NCBI RefSeq assembly: GCF_009834535.1
Contig: NC_045704.1
Location: 59,086,001 to 59,150,000 of the forward strand
Direction: 5' to 3'
Source of the DNA: Camelus ferus
Lineage: Eukaryota
Length of the DNA stretch: 64,000 bases
Shown: piece by piece, positions 20,601-33,247 of the stretch
Position numbering within the stretch: the first letter of the stretch is position 1
Layout of the letters: every line of letters begins with the position of its first letter
The notes under the pieces: generated by a model
Databases searched by the model: none
What the model saw: only the letters and a program-made list of their open reading frames with translations
What the model was told of the DNA's origin: nothing
Translations under genes and position numbers: made by a program

Positions 20601-21466
20601 TTTGTCTTATATTTGTCTTTAAGCCCTTTTGAGTTTATTTTTGTGTATGTGGTGTGGGAGTGTTCTAACGTCACTGATTTACATGCTGCTGTCCAGTTTT
20701 CCCAACATCCCTTGCTAAAGAGGCTGTCTTTTCTCCATTGTATATTCTCGCCTCCTTTGTGAAAGATTAATCAAATGTAAGTACACAGGTTTATTTCTGG
20801 GCTATTCTGTTCCATTGATCCAATAGTCTGTTTTTGAGCCAATACCACACTGTTTTGACTACTGTATCTCTGTAGTATTGTCTGAAGTCTGGGAGAGTTA
20901 TTCCTCCAGCTTCGTTCTTTTTCTTCAGTATTGCTTTGGCAGTTCTGGCTCATTGGTGATTCCATATAAAATTTAGGATGATTTGTTCTAGTTCTGTGGA
21001 AATGTCCTGGGCGATTTGATGGGGGTCACACTGTTTGTTTCTGGAGGCTGCCACAGCAAGTCTGCACACGCTGGGGGATTAGAACAGCAGGTGTTTGTTC
21101 TCTTGCACTTCAGGTCTGAAACCAAGGTATTACGAAAGTTGGTTCCTTCTGGAAGCTCTGAGGGAATTTGTTCCATGCCTCTTCCCCTAGTTTCTGGTGG
21201 TCGCCAGAATCCCCGGTGTTCCTAGGGTTGTAGCTGCCATCGTGCCAATCCTAATCTCTGCCTCTGTTGTCTTGGGGCCTCCTTCCCTGTGGGTCCATGT
21301 GGCATCCTTCTAAGGGCAAGTCACTGGACTTACTGCCCACCCTAATCTAGTAGGACCTCATTTTTAGCTAATTATAATATTTATAAAGACCCTATTTTCA
21401 AATAAGATCACATTCATAGGTGTCATGGGTGGACCTGAGTTTCTGGACACTATTAAATCTATTACA
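17621..21466 (-). mobile_element. MaLR (MLT1-type) provirus: LTR 17621-about 18020, internal region to about 19415, LTR about 21028-21466
   Basis: Two related LTRs; internal-region start agcagcacccaatttcttggtacaaaaatc; flanks catct/catca (4 of 5 TSD match). Confidence 0.8.
19425..21025 (-). mobile_element. 5'-truncated L1 inserted at the MaLR LTR/internal junction; contains an N gap
   Basis: ORF2 C-terminal peptide [19 protein letters not shown] and L1 3' UTR. Confidence 0.85.
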
Positions 21467-22094
21467 CATCATTTTGATATATTTTTGACCTTACAGACTC
21501 ATTGAAAGAGTCTTCAGGACCCCTAAGGGACTTGGAATATACTTTGGGAACCACTGATTAAGGTGTGGTTTATCTTAGTTCTTGTCTATGACTTTCAGAA
21601 GTTATCCCAAACTGAGAAGTAGTGGTTTTTCATCTCTAGTTGGATAATTCTGAAAACTACAGAATAGCTATCAGATAGATTCATAATACCTGCTGGAACC
21701 AATCTATCAAAAGTAATGTCATGAATCTATCTAGTAGAAGAAATATCTTGTGATGTTGCCTTATACCTCTTTGTTCATATTGAGTTAATGAGATTAAAAG
21801 ATGCCCACTGTACTTATTAAAGATAAACACTATAAAGATTCTCTAATATCTGACAGACTAAAATGTTACTTCTTTCTAATCTTTTCTGTTTATGTATATA
21901 CTGGAGTTATTCTGTAGTTTTCTATCTGGTATATCTCACACAGTAACAAAAGTAATGTATTCTGTGTTTTCTCTGAGCCAGTGGTAAGTACTTTATAGTA
22001 ACTATGGTGTAGGCAGCATTATGCCCATTTTGTAGATGAGGAATCTGAAACATAACAAGGTGAGGTAATCTGCTCCATAGAACGTGCTCTATAG

Positions 22095-22480
22095 GATTAA
22101 TTAGATACTGCTATGTAACAAATTACCCCCAAACTGAGTAGCTTAAAGCAACCAACGTTTATCTCATGGCTTGCATGGGTCAGGATCCAGGCAGAGCAGT
22201 GGGTACTCTGGTTCAGCAGTGGTGGTTGATGCAGGTCCTTGCAGGATATTAGATGGAGGGCCTCAGTCCCTCCCTAGCTGTTGTCTGGAGGCTGCGCTCC
22301 CCCTAGGGCATCTCACGACACAGAAGCTTATGTTTACCAGAAAAATCAAGAAGACCTGAAAACGCATGAGCGAGGCAGAATTCAGGGTGTTTTAGAACCT
22401 AACCTTGGAAGAGACATCTTATTACCTCTGCTGCGTTCTCTTCTTTAGGAGCCAGAGTTTAGGGCCAGCCTGCATTTAGA
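22095..22480 (-). mobile_element. Old MLT1-type LTR fragment
   Basis: tgctatgtaacaaattacccccaaactgagtagcttaaagcaac motif. Confidence 0.6.
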
Positions 22481-23839
22481 GGGAACAACAAGCGCTCGGC
22501 CCCAACAAGGGCTGGGCCGGGCCAGTGGCGTGTCACATCAGAGCATTCGAGTCCCGTAACACCTCAGAAACAAATGGTGAGGAAAGGGGGGACTGGAGAT
22601 ACTCGCTGTAGGCCAGGTGGCTTCTTCCTAAGCTCCCGTCTGCTCTGGCCTGGAAACGCTGCTCTGGTGTCGGTGAGCAGAACCGTGGAGATCGTCCTGT
22701 GCCCAGTGAGACACCGCTGCCTCCTTGCTTACTGTCCTAGGTCCTCTGCTAGGCTTCTCTGGGATGAGATATGACTTAGGATACTTGTCACTGAGAAGGA
22801 ATTACTACAATTCGTACATTAAGCACCTGACTTCCAGCCAGGGACCTTGAACTTGTTAGGCATGTACTTCTTATTAGGAGTGTAACAGCTAAGCTCATTT
22901 AAAATAAACATATATAGACATATGGAGACTGATATATTTATATTTTAAATAAGCTTAGAAATTATACTCCTGATAAACCATTCACAGGCCTCTTTACGGC
23001 ATTACAGGCATCCACAGGTAACACTGCATCATTTGCAAGAGATACTAGTCATTAAACAGTTTCAGTACAAAGGATTGTATGTAGCCAGTGGCTGGCTAAA
23101 CCAGTAAATGCTGATTTAATGAATAGGAATCTGCCTGGCTCAGAATTAACTCATCTGTTAACCGTCAAAGTTGAAGGTTAAGGCGTTTCAAGTATTTGGC
23201 TGTGGCGTAGTAGTTCCTTACTGTACGTATCTCCTCAGCTCTCGCAAGTTCCCCTTCTCTTTGGTTAGCATAACACAGAAGGCAGAGGCACCTTTAGATC
23301 TTAGGACTGTCACTCTGATCAGCCTTAAATAGTGGCAATGCTATAGGAAAGCAGCACTTTTAAAATATAAAGTTACTGATGACATACACATTTAGAGTAC
23401 CCTCTTGGAACTTGTTCTGGTTTGCAGACTATCGAAAATGTTGCAATTTCTTTCTGTTCTGAGGAACAAGAAGCACAAACAGGATATGGATTCAGCCTTT
23501 GTTCTCATCAGGAATTAAGGTATCTTTTGAGAATCAAGTAACTCCTCTGTCCCTGGGGGCAGGAATAGCTGCCTGGAAGGTTATTCTTCAGATTGGACAG
23601 CAGCACCCAGAATCCACCGTACTGTCTATTCTCTTGCCTTTTCATATTTAAGCCTCAGGAACCCTAAGCCAAAATTCTCCTTACTCTCATTCTGTTCAAA
23701 AACTGCTGCTACTCAGTTCCTTACCTCTTGGCTCAGCAACTGCTACACTCAGGAGCAATGACAGACTTCGGGTTTGGGACAGAGGACTGCAGCTCTGAGA
23801 CTGGCAAGGACACAGCTGCACAACAACACAGTAACTGAG

Positions 23840-23975
23840 ATGAGATGGACAAGTTCTCAGAAAGACACAAACTACTGAAACTCGGACAGATAAGGAAAAT
23901 GTGAACAGATCCAAAACAAGGAGACTGAATTAGGGATTTAAAAACTTCCCACAAAGAAAAGCACCGTCCCGAAGG
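23840..23975 (+). mobile_element. Old L1 ORF2 fragment
   Basis: atggacaagttctcagaaagacacaaactact...aaaaacttcccacaaagaaaagc resembles the L1M ORF2 consensus. Confidence 0.65.
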
Positions 23976-24566
23976 TATGTGTCAATTTCCTGTCCTAAAA
24001 CGTCCCCACCTCCCCACACCCCTGCCTTGAAGAAACATACACACCATGTATCAGTCACCTGGAAGCCCAGCCGGGCCTCTCAGCTTGACTACTCTTTTAA
24101 TTAGAAACAACTATATTCAGAGACATATAAACAGTTGGCAATTAGGATCTCTTTATATACAGATAAAACAAACTGCAAGTTCAATTTAAGGAGGCTGTTG
24201 TAGATGATCTGATGGTCCCTCCAAGAGCCTGCATTTATGGGCAGAGGACAATCAGTTAGGCACCTGACTGTCTCAGCAGGCGGTAAAACCTAATACAAAA
24301 GAGGTAACCAATTACCGAACACGTCTTTTGACATCAAAGAAATAAAAACTTTGAAATACTAATTTCAACTCTGGTAAAACAAAAGTTCTCTGCTCCTGCT
24401 AATATAAAGGGGACGACTCCTGCAGGGCTCACCATAGGAGCACAGAGAAATTTCAAACTAATCTGTGTCCCTCAGGGAGGTGGAGCCCACAGTCCTATGT
24501 TGGAATTCCCTCCGGCAAAGCTGGGAAGCACATCCTGGGATCTTCTGCAACATGATAAGCCTCTTA

Positions 24567-24572
24567 TTTATT
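24567..24572 (-). terminator. WDR3: Candidate proximal polyadenylation signal of WDR3 (AATAAA)
   Basis: tttatt on the plus strand, about 70 nt after the stop codon. Confidence 0.6.
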
Positions 24573-24643
24573 TCAGAGGTGACACCAACTCTACCGCTGC
24601 TTAGTTTGGAAGTCCTAGTTGAAAAAGGCACCGCATTTCAGTT

Positions 24644-24799
24644 CTAAGTCAATGTTAAGATCAGCTTCTCCCTCTTTTTCCTCTTCCTCTTCTTTTCTTC
24701 CAAGTGGCTGGTAGCATCGGCAAAAAACATAACTTCACTCTTTGCCTCGCATTCCCTCTTCAGATAATCAAGACCTGCCATGTTGAAGCCAATAACATC
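24644..24799 (-). CDS. WDR3: WDR3 exon 27 coding part: DVIGFNMAGLDYLKRECEAK...EEKKRKRKKREKLILTLT*
   Basis: 156 nt including TAG at 24646-24644; basic NLS-like C-terminus. Confidence 0.97.
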   Translation of the reverse strand, partial: DVIGFNMAGLDYLKRECEAKSEVMFFADATSHLEEKKRKRKKREKLILTLT

Positions 24800-25082
24800 C
24801 TGAGGAGGAATACAGAAAAGAGTAAACAAATGCCCTCACCCTTCCGCTCAGTACAGCAGCCCGTGCGAGTCAGGGGGACCAACGCTTCCTGTGTCGTTAC
24901 TCATCCTCTGCCTGCGGTGTCCCCCTCTTTTTTTTCTTATGCCCATCAGTTCCACAAAAGCCTTAAGTACACCTCTATGTCAGGTCATCACCAGGGACAA
25001 GGCGGTACGCCATGCTGCTACCTGTAAGTCACACACACACTAGGACTTGCCCTCCTTATTCGAGCTCTACACAGATACTCAC

Positions 25083-25176
25083 CCGGACTTGGCTGACTTT
25101 TGAAATAGTTGTTTCCTTTAATTTTTCAATCACGGGCACAAGCATTTGGTTGCTAGTGATCTGTCCAAAGTGAATC
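25083..25176 (-). CDS. WDR3: WDR3 exon 26: IHFGQITSNQMLVPVIEKLKETTISKVSQVR
   Basis: 94 nt, ATTAG/GTGAGT. Confidence 0.96.
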
Positions 25177-26153
25177 CTAATAGAAAAATAAAACCAGGCA
25201 TGTCACAAAGAGTAGTGGTTTTGGCTCTACCTGGTTCTTCTAGAACCAGCGAAGAGACAAAATATAAAAAAAAACAAAATTCATTTCATCAATCATGAGC
25301 ATATAGAAATGCCTCCAGCCAAAAAAAAAAAAGCTAAAGAAGTTTCTTCTCTACTATTCAGTTCTATCTGGTGACAATTTTTAAAATACTACCCTAACAT
25401 TTAATAAAAAATAAATTGGAAATACGGCAACTGAATCATCATTGTTCTTCATTCACTACTATACTGAAAGAATGAAAGGGATGAAGAGCTAAGAATCATG
25501 AAAATAAGTCAATTCACCAAATACATCCGTTTTCTTCTTCTTACTATTTGGTATTGGCTGAGCAGCCTGTCTTCCTAATCACATTTTAAGGTACTCAGTT
25601 TGTCTCTGTTCCTGTTCTCTGATATCACAGCTGGAGACTTAGGGGCAGAGTAGGAGACAGGAATAATATATTCTTAAGCATTACATATTTTTAAGAATTC
25701 TTCCTATATAAGAATAGAGTATGTTTTTTTTATGTTTCTTAGTTCCGTCTATATATGCCCTTGTAGAGACCTGGGAAATAAATTGACTACTCCTTAAAAT
25801 GCTGCTATGAAAATAAAACCAAGCCATTTAAATGAAGTAGTTAAAAAGAAATGACACTGAGACAAACTGGCAATTGAGCGAGGGGCTCAGCGCACTGACT
25901 AGAAGCAGAGCTGCTACGTCAGACTGGAGACGGTGCCGGCCGGAGCAAGCCCGAGCAAGGCAGTGGCCCCTGCCTTCAAGACTGATTCCAGAGGACAGGA
26001 AATGACCTATGTCAGGCAGCACTGAAATTGTGTGACAGTCCCTGAAACTGAAAAAGCGCACTTCTTAATCCCACAGCGTCAACAGCTTCAGGTAGCGCAG
26101 CTGCTGGAGCAGTCGGGCTGATGAGATGTGGTGTTTTGGGGAAAGCACGTTAC

Positions 26154-26282
26154 CTGAGGAGAAAGAAGAGGCACCGACACAGGAGTTCAATGTCAGAGCC
26201 CAGCTGGATGAACTCATTAAAGAGCTTAAGGACGTCCGGGACGTAAGAGAAAGGCAGCACGAGCAGGGCCTCTTCCAGCTCA
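26154..26282 (-). CDS. WDR3: WDR3 exon 25: ELEEALLVLPFSYVPDVLKLFNEFIQLGSDIELLCRCLFFLLR (Utp12/Dip2 domain)
   Basis: 129 nt, CTCAG/GTAACG. Confidence 0.96.
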
Positions 26283-27932
26283 CTGAGGGGGAGAGTCACC
26301 GTTAACAGCGCCACGCTTCTCAGCAGGGTCCCTTTTAAAACCTTCTCCCTCCTATCTCTTTCTTCTACGTTTATACGTGAATAGATCTTCCCCATCCAGA
26401 GTTAAGTATTTATCTATGTTCTAGGGGGTTCTCTCTTGTCAATGTTTTGGTTGGTTTGTATTTACTATTTTGACCTACTCGATGCATTTCGGTCCATGGC
26501 CGGGTAGGAGAAGCTCACTTTTTTTCTTTCAGATTACTAACTGCTCCAAAGTGTTCTGTTGAACATTCCATCTCTGGGTGATACTTCTACCAGCTCCTGA
26601 GTCCTTTTATATACAGAGTCTGTTTCAGGGCTTTCAAGTCTGTTTTGATGACTGATTCTGACAATAACCTGTACTGTTTTAATTTTGCTATTTTTTTAGT
26701 TTTTTTAATCTACGAGAATAGCTCCCTCTTGTTCTGGTTTCGGTCTGTTTTACTTTCCTTGAGCTAGCTCTATTATCATTTCATCAATTGCAATTAGAAA
26801 TCTCAAGAGGATTTCAATGGGGAATCGCAAACCTATAGGTTAGTTTAAAAACAAAACAAATCTTTAAAACACAGAAATCTTCCCATCTAGGGATGCACTA
26901 TACATCCATTAATCTGAATTTTCTTTCACATCTCTCGTGAAGTTTCATTATCTTAGGTAAGTCTTGTTTATTTTTTGTAAGGGATACATTTAGGTATTAA
27001 GATTTGTTATAAAAATGGTAACTCTAAGTCAAACTTGAAATCAAAAGATAAATCATAAACAAACATTAATCCAAAAATGAATGACAAAGGATACAAAAAA
27101 TTCTTAAAAACTAGTAATAGAAACTACTATAAAGCACAAGAAAGGAAAAGTAGCTAAAAATTCACAGGAAAAGATACAAATGGCCAACAAATACAATGAT
27201 ATTTTAACTTTGTTAACAACCGAAAACGAAAGTAATACAATACACCACCTTCTGCCTCTCAAACTGGCAAAAAGAATTTTTTAAGGCCCGGTAAAAGTCA
27301 GTACAGGCACTCTGGAAAGTAACTCAGTGATATAAACCTTTAAAATGCTCATGGCTATTGATCAGACTGCTAGGACCCTTAAGAAAAATAACCAATGAAA
27401 ACAACACAGATTCATATATAAAGGTGTTCACTGAAGCAACAGTAACACCAAAAGCAACACCCAGCAGTAACTATATGTACAATGGAATATTTTGAATTAA
27501 TTCAGTATGTGTTTTTAAAGAATATTACTACCATGAGCAAATGCTCAGGAAATATTCTGTGAAAAGGACAGGATATAAAAATGTATACAGTACGATTGCA
27601 GTTGTGTATGCACACAGAAAGGAAGCCAAAGGAAACAGACTACAGCAAAGTTACAGCTGTTACCTCTGACTGAATTACAGACGATTTCCTCACCAAGCAG
27701 CACTACCTTTCATTTGTCCTTAAAAATGTATCACTTCATATTTTAGGAGGAACCTCTTAACTCTAATTCAAAAATAACATTATAATAAATTATTTTCCAT
27801 CACAGTTTTGACAGAGTTAAACCTCTAAGATAACCGTCAATTTTAACATCAATTTATTTGTCTCACGTTCAACTAGGCATTCAGTAAATGTTGTTAGTTG
27901 CCAAGTGACAATGACTGTGTGCTGGGACTCAC

Positions 27933-27976
27933 CTTGACCTGATTCCTTTAAAAATCTCCAACACATAAGCTGAAGG
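27933..27976 (-). CDS. WDR3: WDR3 exon 24: PSAYVLEIFKGIRSS
   Basis: 44 nt, TACAG/GTGAGT. Confidence 0.95.
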
Positions 27977-28642
27977 CTGTAAAGGAAGTGTAACAGCATT
28001 AGCGACACTCCTGGTATCAACTGGAGCGCTCTAATTTCCACCTCTTAAAAACCAGGGATCGATCTCTCACGAGAAACCATGTTCTAAAAATGGCACCACA
28101 AGGCATGGGCTTAGACTGAGTCAGATCTGGGCTCACAGTCCCGCTCTGCCACTCACCAACTGCATTACCTTCAGTCTGTCAGTCAGGACAGGTTCCTGTC
28201 TATTAATGAAGACCCCCTGACTCACAGTATTACATGCAAGTAGAGCAGTAAGTAATTAACATCGCTAGATCAGCATACATTGTCCCACTGTGTTCCCTCT
28301 CTCTTCCTCTGGACTGATTTATATCAACTTTTCCTCCAAAAACTTAATTTCAATGAAGAGAATCTTCAGAGGGCCTTGGATACTAACCACAAATAAGCAC
28401 TAAAAAACAAAAAAATGCCAGTTCAGTCCAACCAAAAAGGATGAGTTGGAAGTTATACTAAAACAGCCCTTTTGAAATACAAAATATCCCAGAGGAGTTC
28501 AACATTCAGGAGAGATTTTTAATGGCAAAGTATTTCCCAGTACACCCATCCTCTAATCGTAATGCCTCTTCACTTCCTCTCTTGTGCCTAAAGGAACCTC
28601 AGAATAACCAAGGGGAAACCGTCAGTTACATGTTCTACTCAC

Positions 28643-28690
28643 AGAGATATTGCCATAAGCCATCAGGATCGGGTTGATGGGAAGAGGAAC
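28643..28690 (-). CDS. WDR3: WDR3 exon 23: VPLPINPILMAYGNIS
   Basis: 48 nt, CATAG/GTGAGT. Confidence 0.95.
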
Positions 28691-29185
28691 CTATGAAGAA
28701 ATTATTAAGTCAGGTCATTAAAAAACAAGCCTTTCATGGTGCTTACCACAGGCAGGGCGATAACAGTATTGTGCAGTTTTTAAGAGAGACCTTAAAAAAG
28801 TATTAAGTTATTTAATAGTATAAAAGAATGATCAAACCTTTTAGTTTCAATAGTGCTTACAAATGAGTCTGGGCCATACATTTCACCTACAAATCTGAAA
28901 TGCTTACCCTGCATCCCAAACTAAAGCAGGAACTAAAGTTGAGTTTCTAACTGAATACAACAGTCACCTCAAGCTAAAACCTCCTAGCCTTTGCTTTTTA
29001 TTAAGACAAAGCTTCCTTCCAGTTTCTCAATTCCTTTTTTCTAATATTACAGTTAGAAAAGATTCTGTTCCATTTATCTCATTTCCTGATCTGAGTTAAA
29101 AAATCCGTAAATGATGGTTTTTTCCCGCAGGAACTGTCTCTATTTATAAATGTCTCTCGGAGCGTAACTTAATGGGCTCCCTTAC

Positions 29186-29278
29186 CTCTTTCCCTGCAGC
29201 TTTACAGATGGCTTTGTGTTCTTTCATTTTCGCAGTTTCTTCTCGGTATAGCTCAATAGCCTCCATGATCCTCTCAGC
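29186..29278 (-). CDS. WDR3: WDR3 exon 22: AERIMEAIELYREETAKMKEHKAICKAAGKE
   Basis: 93 nt, TGTAG/GTAAGG. Confidence 0.96.
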
Positions 29279-29420
29279 CTACACAGATGGTGACAAAGGA
29301 CAGAAACCATCACAATACACTTGTCATCCCTCAGCACTGCAAGTGGAAGGCCTGCCTGACTGAGTGCTACCAAATCAGACTGCTTGAATCAGTTTAATAA
29401 AGTGGTGCCAGCAGTGTGCC
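29236..29420 (+). other. SPAG17: Candidate non-coding terminal exon of SPAG17, antisense to WDR3 exon 22
   Basis: Pyrimidine tract gctttgtgttctttcattttcgcag ending at 29235 and AATAAA at 29396-29401; other acceptors possible at 29130, 29199 and 29207. Confidence 0.6.
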
Positions 29421-29776
29421 AAACAGCATTTAAAGACGCCTTTGGTTGTTCATTTCTAATTTACAGGGAGGAGACTAAGTGTCGTGGATTCAGGTGAGAT
29501 GGTGTGGGGACACCCTGAGTAGGGAGCTCCTAGGACACCTGAGAGGTGCCACTTTCAGGAGATCAAGCCTTCCTTTCCAGAAACCATGCACTCATTAAAC
29601 AGATTCAAAACTACTCCCATCCTTAGTCCTCCTCCGAGGGAGAACAGAGGTTATGATCTCCATCTATAAATTCCATCAACTTTTTGCCACAAAAGGGCTA
29701 TTTGGTTGACACAGACTTTTACTAAAAAATTGGGATCCTATTTAAAATTGATAAGCTACATTCTATATCAACTTAC

Positions 29777-29842
29777 CGCTTTGACTGTTTCAATAGTTTT
29801 CTTTCCAGTGAAGTAATTGTCACCTTGAGTCTCTCCTGGAAC
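29777..29842 (-). CDS. WDR3: WDR3 exon 21: VPGETQGDNYFTGKKTIETVKA
   Basis: 66 nt, GGCAG/GTAAGT. Confidence 0.95.
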
Positions 29843-30406
29843 CTGCCAGAAACAAAGAGACCCTTGAACATCATTGTCGACAGGTGTTAAAGAGCCAATA
29901 AATTAATCTTACGTCCAGAAAAGAACAGGCATGACTCTGTTACAATGGTAACATGGTGTTTGTTATCAGCTGACATTAACTAAGTACTTAGTGCCAGACA
30001 CCGTGAGTTTGGGCAATCCATTTCACCTAGAAATCTGAAATTAAATATTAAATATTTATATGCACTATCATAAGAATATCTTGCTCTACACATGTGTATG
30101 GAGAATGCCCAATTTCTCAAATTTTTTCTGACTTTTGTTTTACAGTGAAATAATTCCCTGAAGCTCCTTAAAAAATAAAGCCAGAATGACAGTCATTCTA
30201 TACCAAATCTGGTCAATCATTTGTCCCATAACATCAGGATATACAGTTAAATTAAGGAGAACTATACAGATTCTTTCCCATATCAGCCACTGATGACTTC
30301 AGCCTCTAACCCCAATTCTAATTCCATTAGAAATTCTCAAAATCATAGTAAATTCCAGGAGGATAATTACAGGGCACAATCTGAGGGTCCCAAAAGATTC
30401 ACTTAC

Positions 30407-30457
30407 TGCTGGTTGCTCTTCTTTGGCCACGCTCTCCTCATATTCTGCTTCCCTTTG
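30407..30457 (-). CDS. WDR3: WDR3 exon 20: [17 protein letters not shown]
   Basis: 51 nt, GGCAG/GTAAGT. Confidence 0.95.
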
Positions 30458-30744
30458 CTGCCAAGAGACAGATACAAATTCATTTCAAAAAAAAAAAAAA
30501 AAAGTATGGTTCCTATGTGAAGTAAAATGAGATAGTGAGAAGCTGCTTCTTTCAAAATACAACCCCCTAACAGCATCTGTCTCCTTCTGGCTGCCCAAGT
30601 GGTGTCAGCAGTCCTGGAAACGTCCCCTGGAGGCCCCTGGACTTGCAGTGACTGGGGTGTCGCAGCATCAGACAGAAAAGTCCGGCTGGGGCAGCGTATC
30701 AGATACCAGTACAGAACACTCGTAACCGAGCCCGAAGTCCTTAC

Positions 30745-30879
30745 CATCTCCCTCTCTTCCTCAAGAATAAGAGGCTCCCTTGTTCTCTCCCAAAGTCTCA
30801 GAGATTTGTCATGGGATGACGACACCACATAGTCTCCACTGGGGCTGACAGCCAAGCACCATACTTCCTGGTGGTGCCC
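30745..30879 (-). CDS. WDR3: WDR3 exon 19: [45 protein letters not shown]
   Basis: 135 nt, CCCAG/GTAAGG. Confidence 0.96.
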
Positions 30880-31018
30880 CTGGGCAGAGAGAGCAAAAAC
30901 ATCCCGAGTAAGAATCCCTTATTCACAGACCGCCACCTACTCATGTTAGTGGGCGATCAACACTCAATCTTAAAAGAAGTTCTTAAGTACTAAGCAAACA
31001 AAGAAGGTAGGAGGTTAC

Positions 31019-31130
31019 CTCCAGAGTCTGTATGTGTTCAAATTTGTCCGCATCCCACTGCTTGATCTTATGGTCCTTCCCAGCAGTAAAGAAGAGATGA
31101 GACTTGGAGACAAACTGTAGGTACATCACA
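31019..31130 (-). CDS. WDR3: WDR3 exon 18: VMYLQFVSKSHLFFTAGKDHKIKQWDADKFEHIQTLE
   Basis: 112 nt, TTCAG/GTAACC. Confidence 0.96.
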
Positions 31131-31350
31131 CTGAAACGTGACAGAAGTATCCAAATGTCATCAAATTCCACATTATTAAAAGGAGTCTTACGCACATAAA
31201 TAGCTTCTGAACCATTAGTTCTAGAGTATCTTGATTACATTTTAGAATCTCTATGACTACGTGAGAACACTAAGTAACTGACACAGATGCTCCCGGGAAA
31301 TGAAACTGACAGGTGACGCAACAGGAGACCTTTGAAAAGGCGACACCCAC

Positions 31351-31451
31351 CTGTCATCATGCGCAAACAGAGACTTGTGGCAGTCCCCGAAGTCCAAACC
31401 CCAGATTTTCACATTCCTGTCGGCAGAGCCAGTTGCTATTAGTGCTCCATC
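31351..31451 (-). CDS. WDR3: WDR3 exon 17: [34 protein letters not shown]
   Basis: 101 nt, CCTAG/GTGGGT. Confidence 0.96.
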
Positions 31452-32466
31452 CTAGGAGGACGAGAAGTGAAACATTACCTGATTACCTGAAACTCTGTAA
31501 TTAGATAGAGAAAAGCTAACCAGAACATGTACCCCATTTCTTTCAAAACATTAATAGCAGTGCCCCCCAAATTAACTTCATCTCTTTACCAAGAGCACAT
31601 ACATCTTTGCTTTTACCTAGAGATCTACTTAAAAAGCTTGTTAAGTGAGCAAGAACTCTGTGGCTATACAGGGCGGTGCTGTGTCTTGATGTAGGCTGTC
31701 TGTTTACTTTGTTAAATAGAGCAAAGAATCTCTAATCTCTGTCATAGGATTTATGGGGAGAGAAGAGGGAAAAAGATGGAAGGAAGGAGGCTGGGAAAGA
31801 ATCTACTAGAATTTATGACCTTGCCTTTTATGCCACGTTCCTTATCACTATTTTTTGCTTCTCCTTCCTATTTTGGCACCTGGTTCAAATGGTTGTCAAC
31901 ATAATAAGAAAACTAAAGTATTTTTTGACACCAGTTTATTCTGTTAATGCACTGATCGCAGACAGAGCACAGTACCAATTCCTTTTATACACACTAGACA
32001 TTGTTTTTAACTATATAATGCCATTCCTAATCGTAACTAGACATTGCAAAAATATGATTTTGGTCAAGAAACTAAAAGTATGCATAGTACAAGATACCAT
32101 AAATATTGCAAAACTCCATTTTTCTTACCAAGGTTATCCTTCAGAACAAAGGGGGATGCCTTTTTGAAAGTCCCTCATACTTTAGGGTGCTCTACCAATT
32201 ATATTGTTTTAGACAAGGAAATAACCATTTGAGGGGTCCAACACAGGGAGTTTAGTTATGAGGATTAATCCAGGTGTCTGTGAAAATATTCTAAATGCAT
32301 TAATACATACATATTTACGGTATGATTATTTGATAATTTTTTAGGATAGTCAGTTATACGACAGACAGAAAAAATAAACACTAAAATGAAGGTATCAAGC
32401 CAAGAACTAAGGAAGTGCTTTAGAAAAGACAACTCATTACTGAGACACTATTTAAATTTTACTTAC

Positions 32467-32523
32467 ATATGAGATGTCCATGCATATAACAGGCAGTTTG
32501 TGTCCATACAGTGAGAGAAAAAA
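32467..32523 (-). CDS. WDR3: WDR3 exon 16: FFLSLYGHKLPVICMDISY
   Basis: 57 nt, TCTAG/GTAAGT. Confidence 0.96.
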
Positions 32524-32734
32524 CTAGACGTTAAAAAAAAAGGATATAAATAACACATCTGTCTATAAAATTTAGGCATAATTTTATGACATATATATCT
32601 AAAACAGAACTTTAAAATACAATGCTAAACACTGTTGTGGATTGCTTTAGGTCTGTATTTTCAAAGACAATGACCAAGAACACTGAAGGCAGCTTGTCCC
32701 TATGTCGAGCATATAAACCCTGCACGCACTTGCC

Positions 32735-32990
32735 AAAAACACTGCCGCAGAGCGGGGCCGCGGATGCCCCAGGAGCCCGCTGCCTCAGTCAGAACGTGGC
32801 GCGGGGGTCCTCTCTGGACTTCTCAGTGGTAAAGCCTCTGGAGCACTTGTTTCACAACTGTGTTCCCAGGCCCAGTCCGGGCCTACCGAGACTCTGGGCG
32901 TACAGCCCAGGAATCTATATTTCTGAGAGCAACCCAAATGATCCTGATGTACGGCCAAGTGTGGAGTGACTGCCGAGCACACCTAGCAGT
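32735..32990. mobile_element. MER5A-like hAT MITE fragments
   Basis: aggaatctatatttct...cccaaatgatcctgatg motif. Confidence 0.5.
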
Positions 32991-33247
32991 GCTTACAACT
33001 ACTGGCCCCGACAGGATTTTCTGTCTGCGGAGTTTCTGAACATATGAAATACAACTTGCTTTATACAAAATTTATGAACCAAAGGAGCCTTTTAAAACTC
33101 TAGCCTTCCTAGGGTACTTGTGCCGGTTTTGATTTGCACATAAATTTTTAGAAACATACTACTGCTGGAAATAGTCAAGGCCACTTCTTTATAGTCTCAA
33201 CCCAAGTTCAGTCAGAAAGAAAATATTCACAGGCATAGCCATTGTAC

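Larger units (their letters stand above)
17226..21556. mobile_element. Non-autonomous hAT-Charlie-type DNA transposon split by a MaLR insertion (pieces 17226-17620 and 21467-21556)
   Basis: Terminal inverted repeats cagtggttctcaaa (17226) and tttgggaaccactg (21543-21556). Confidence 0.7.

Noticed and set aside
30403-30855. 150-aa ORF spanning WDR3 exon 19, the whole of intron 19 and exon 20
   Set aside because: The 287-nt intron is not a multiple of 3, so exon 20 is read out of frame; this is chance absence of stops in a short intron with canonical splice sites
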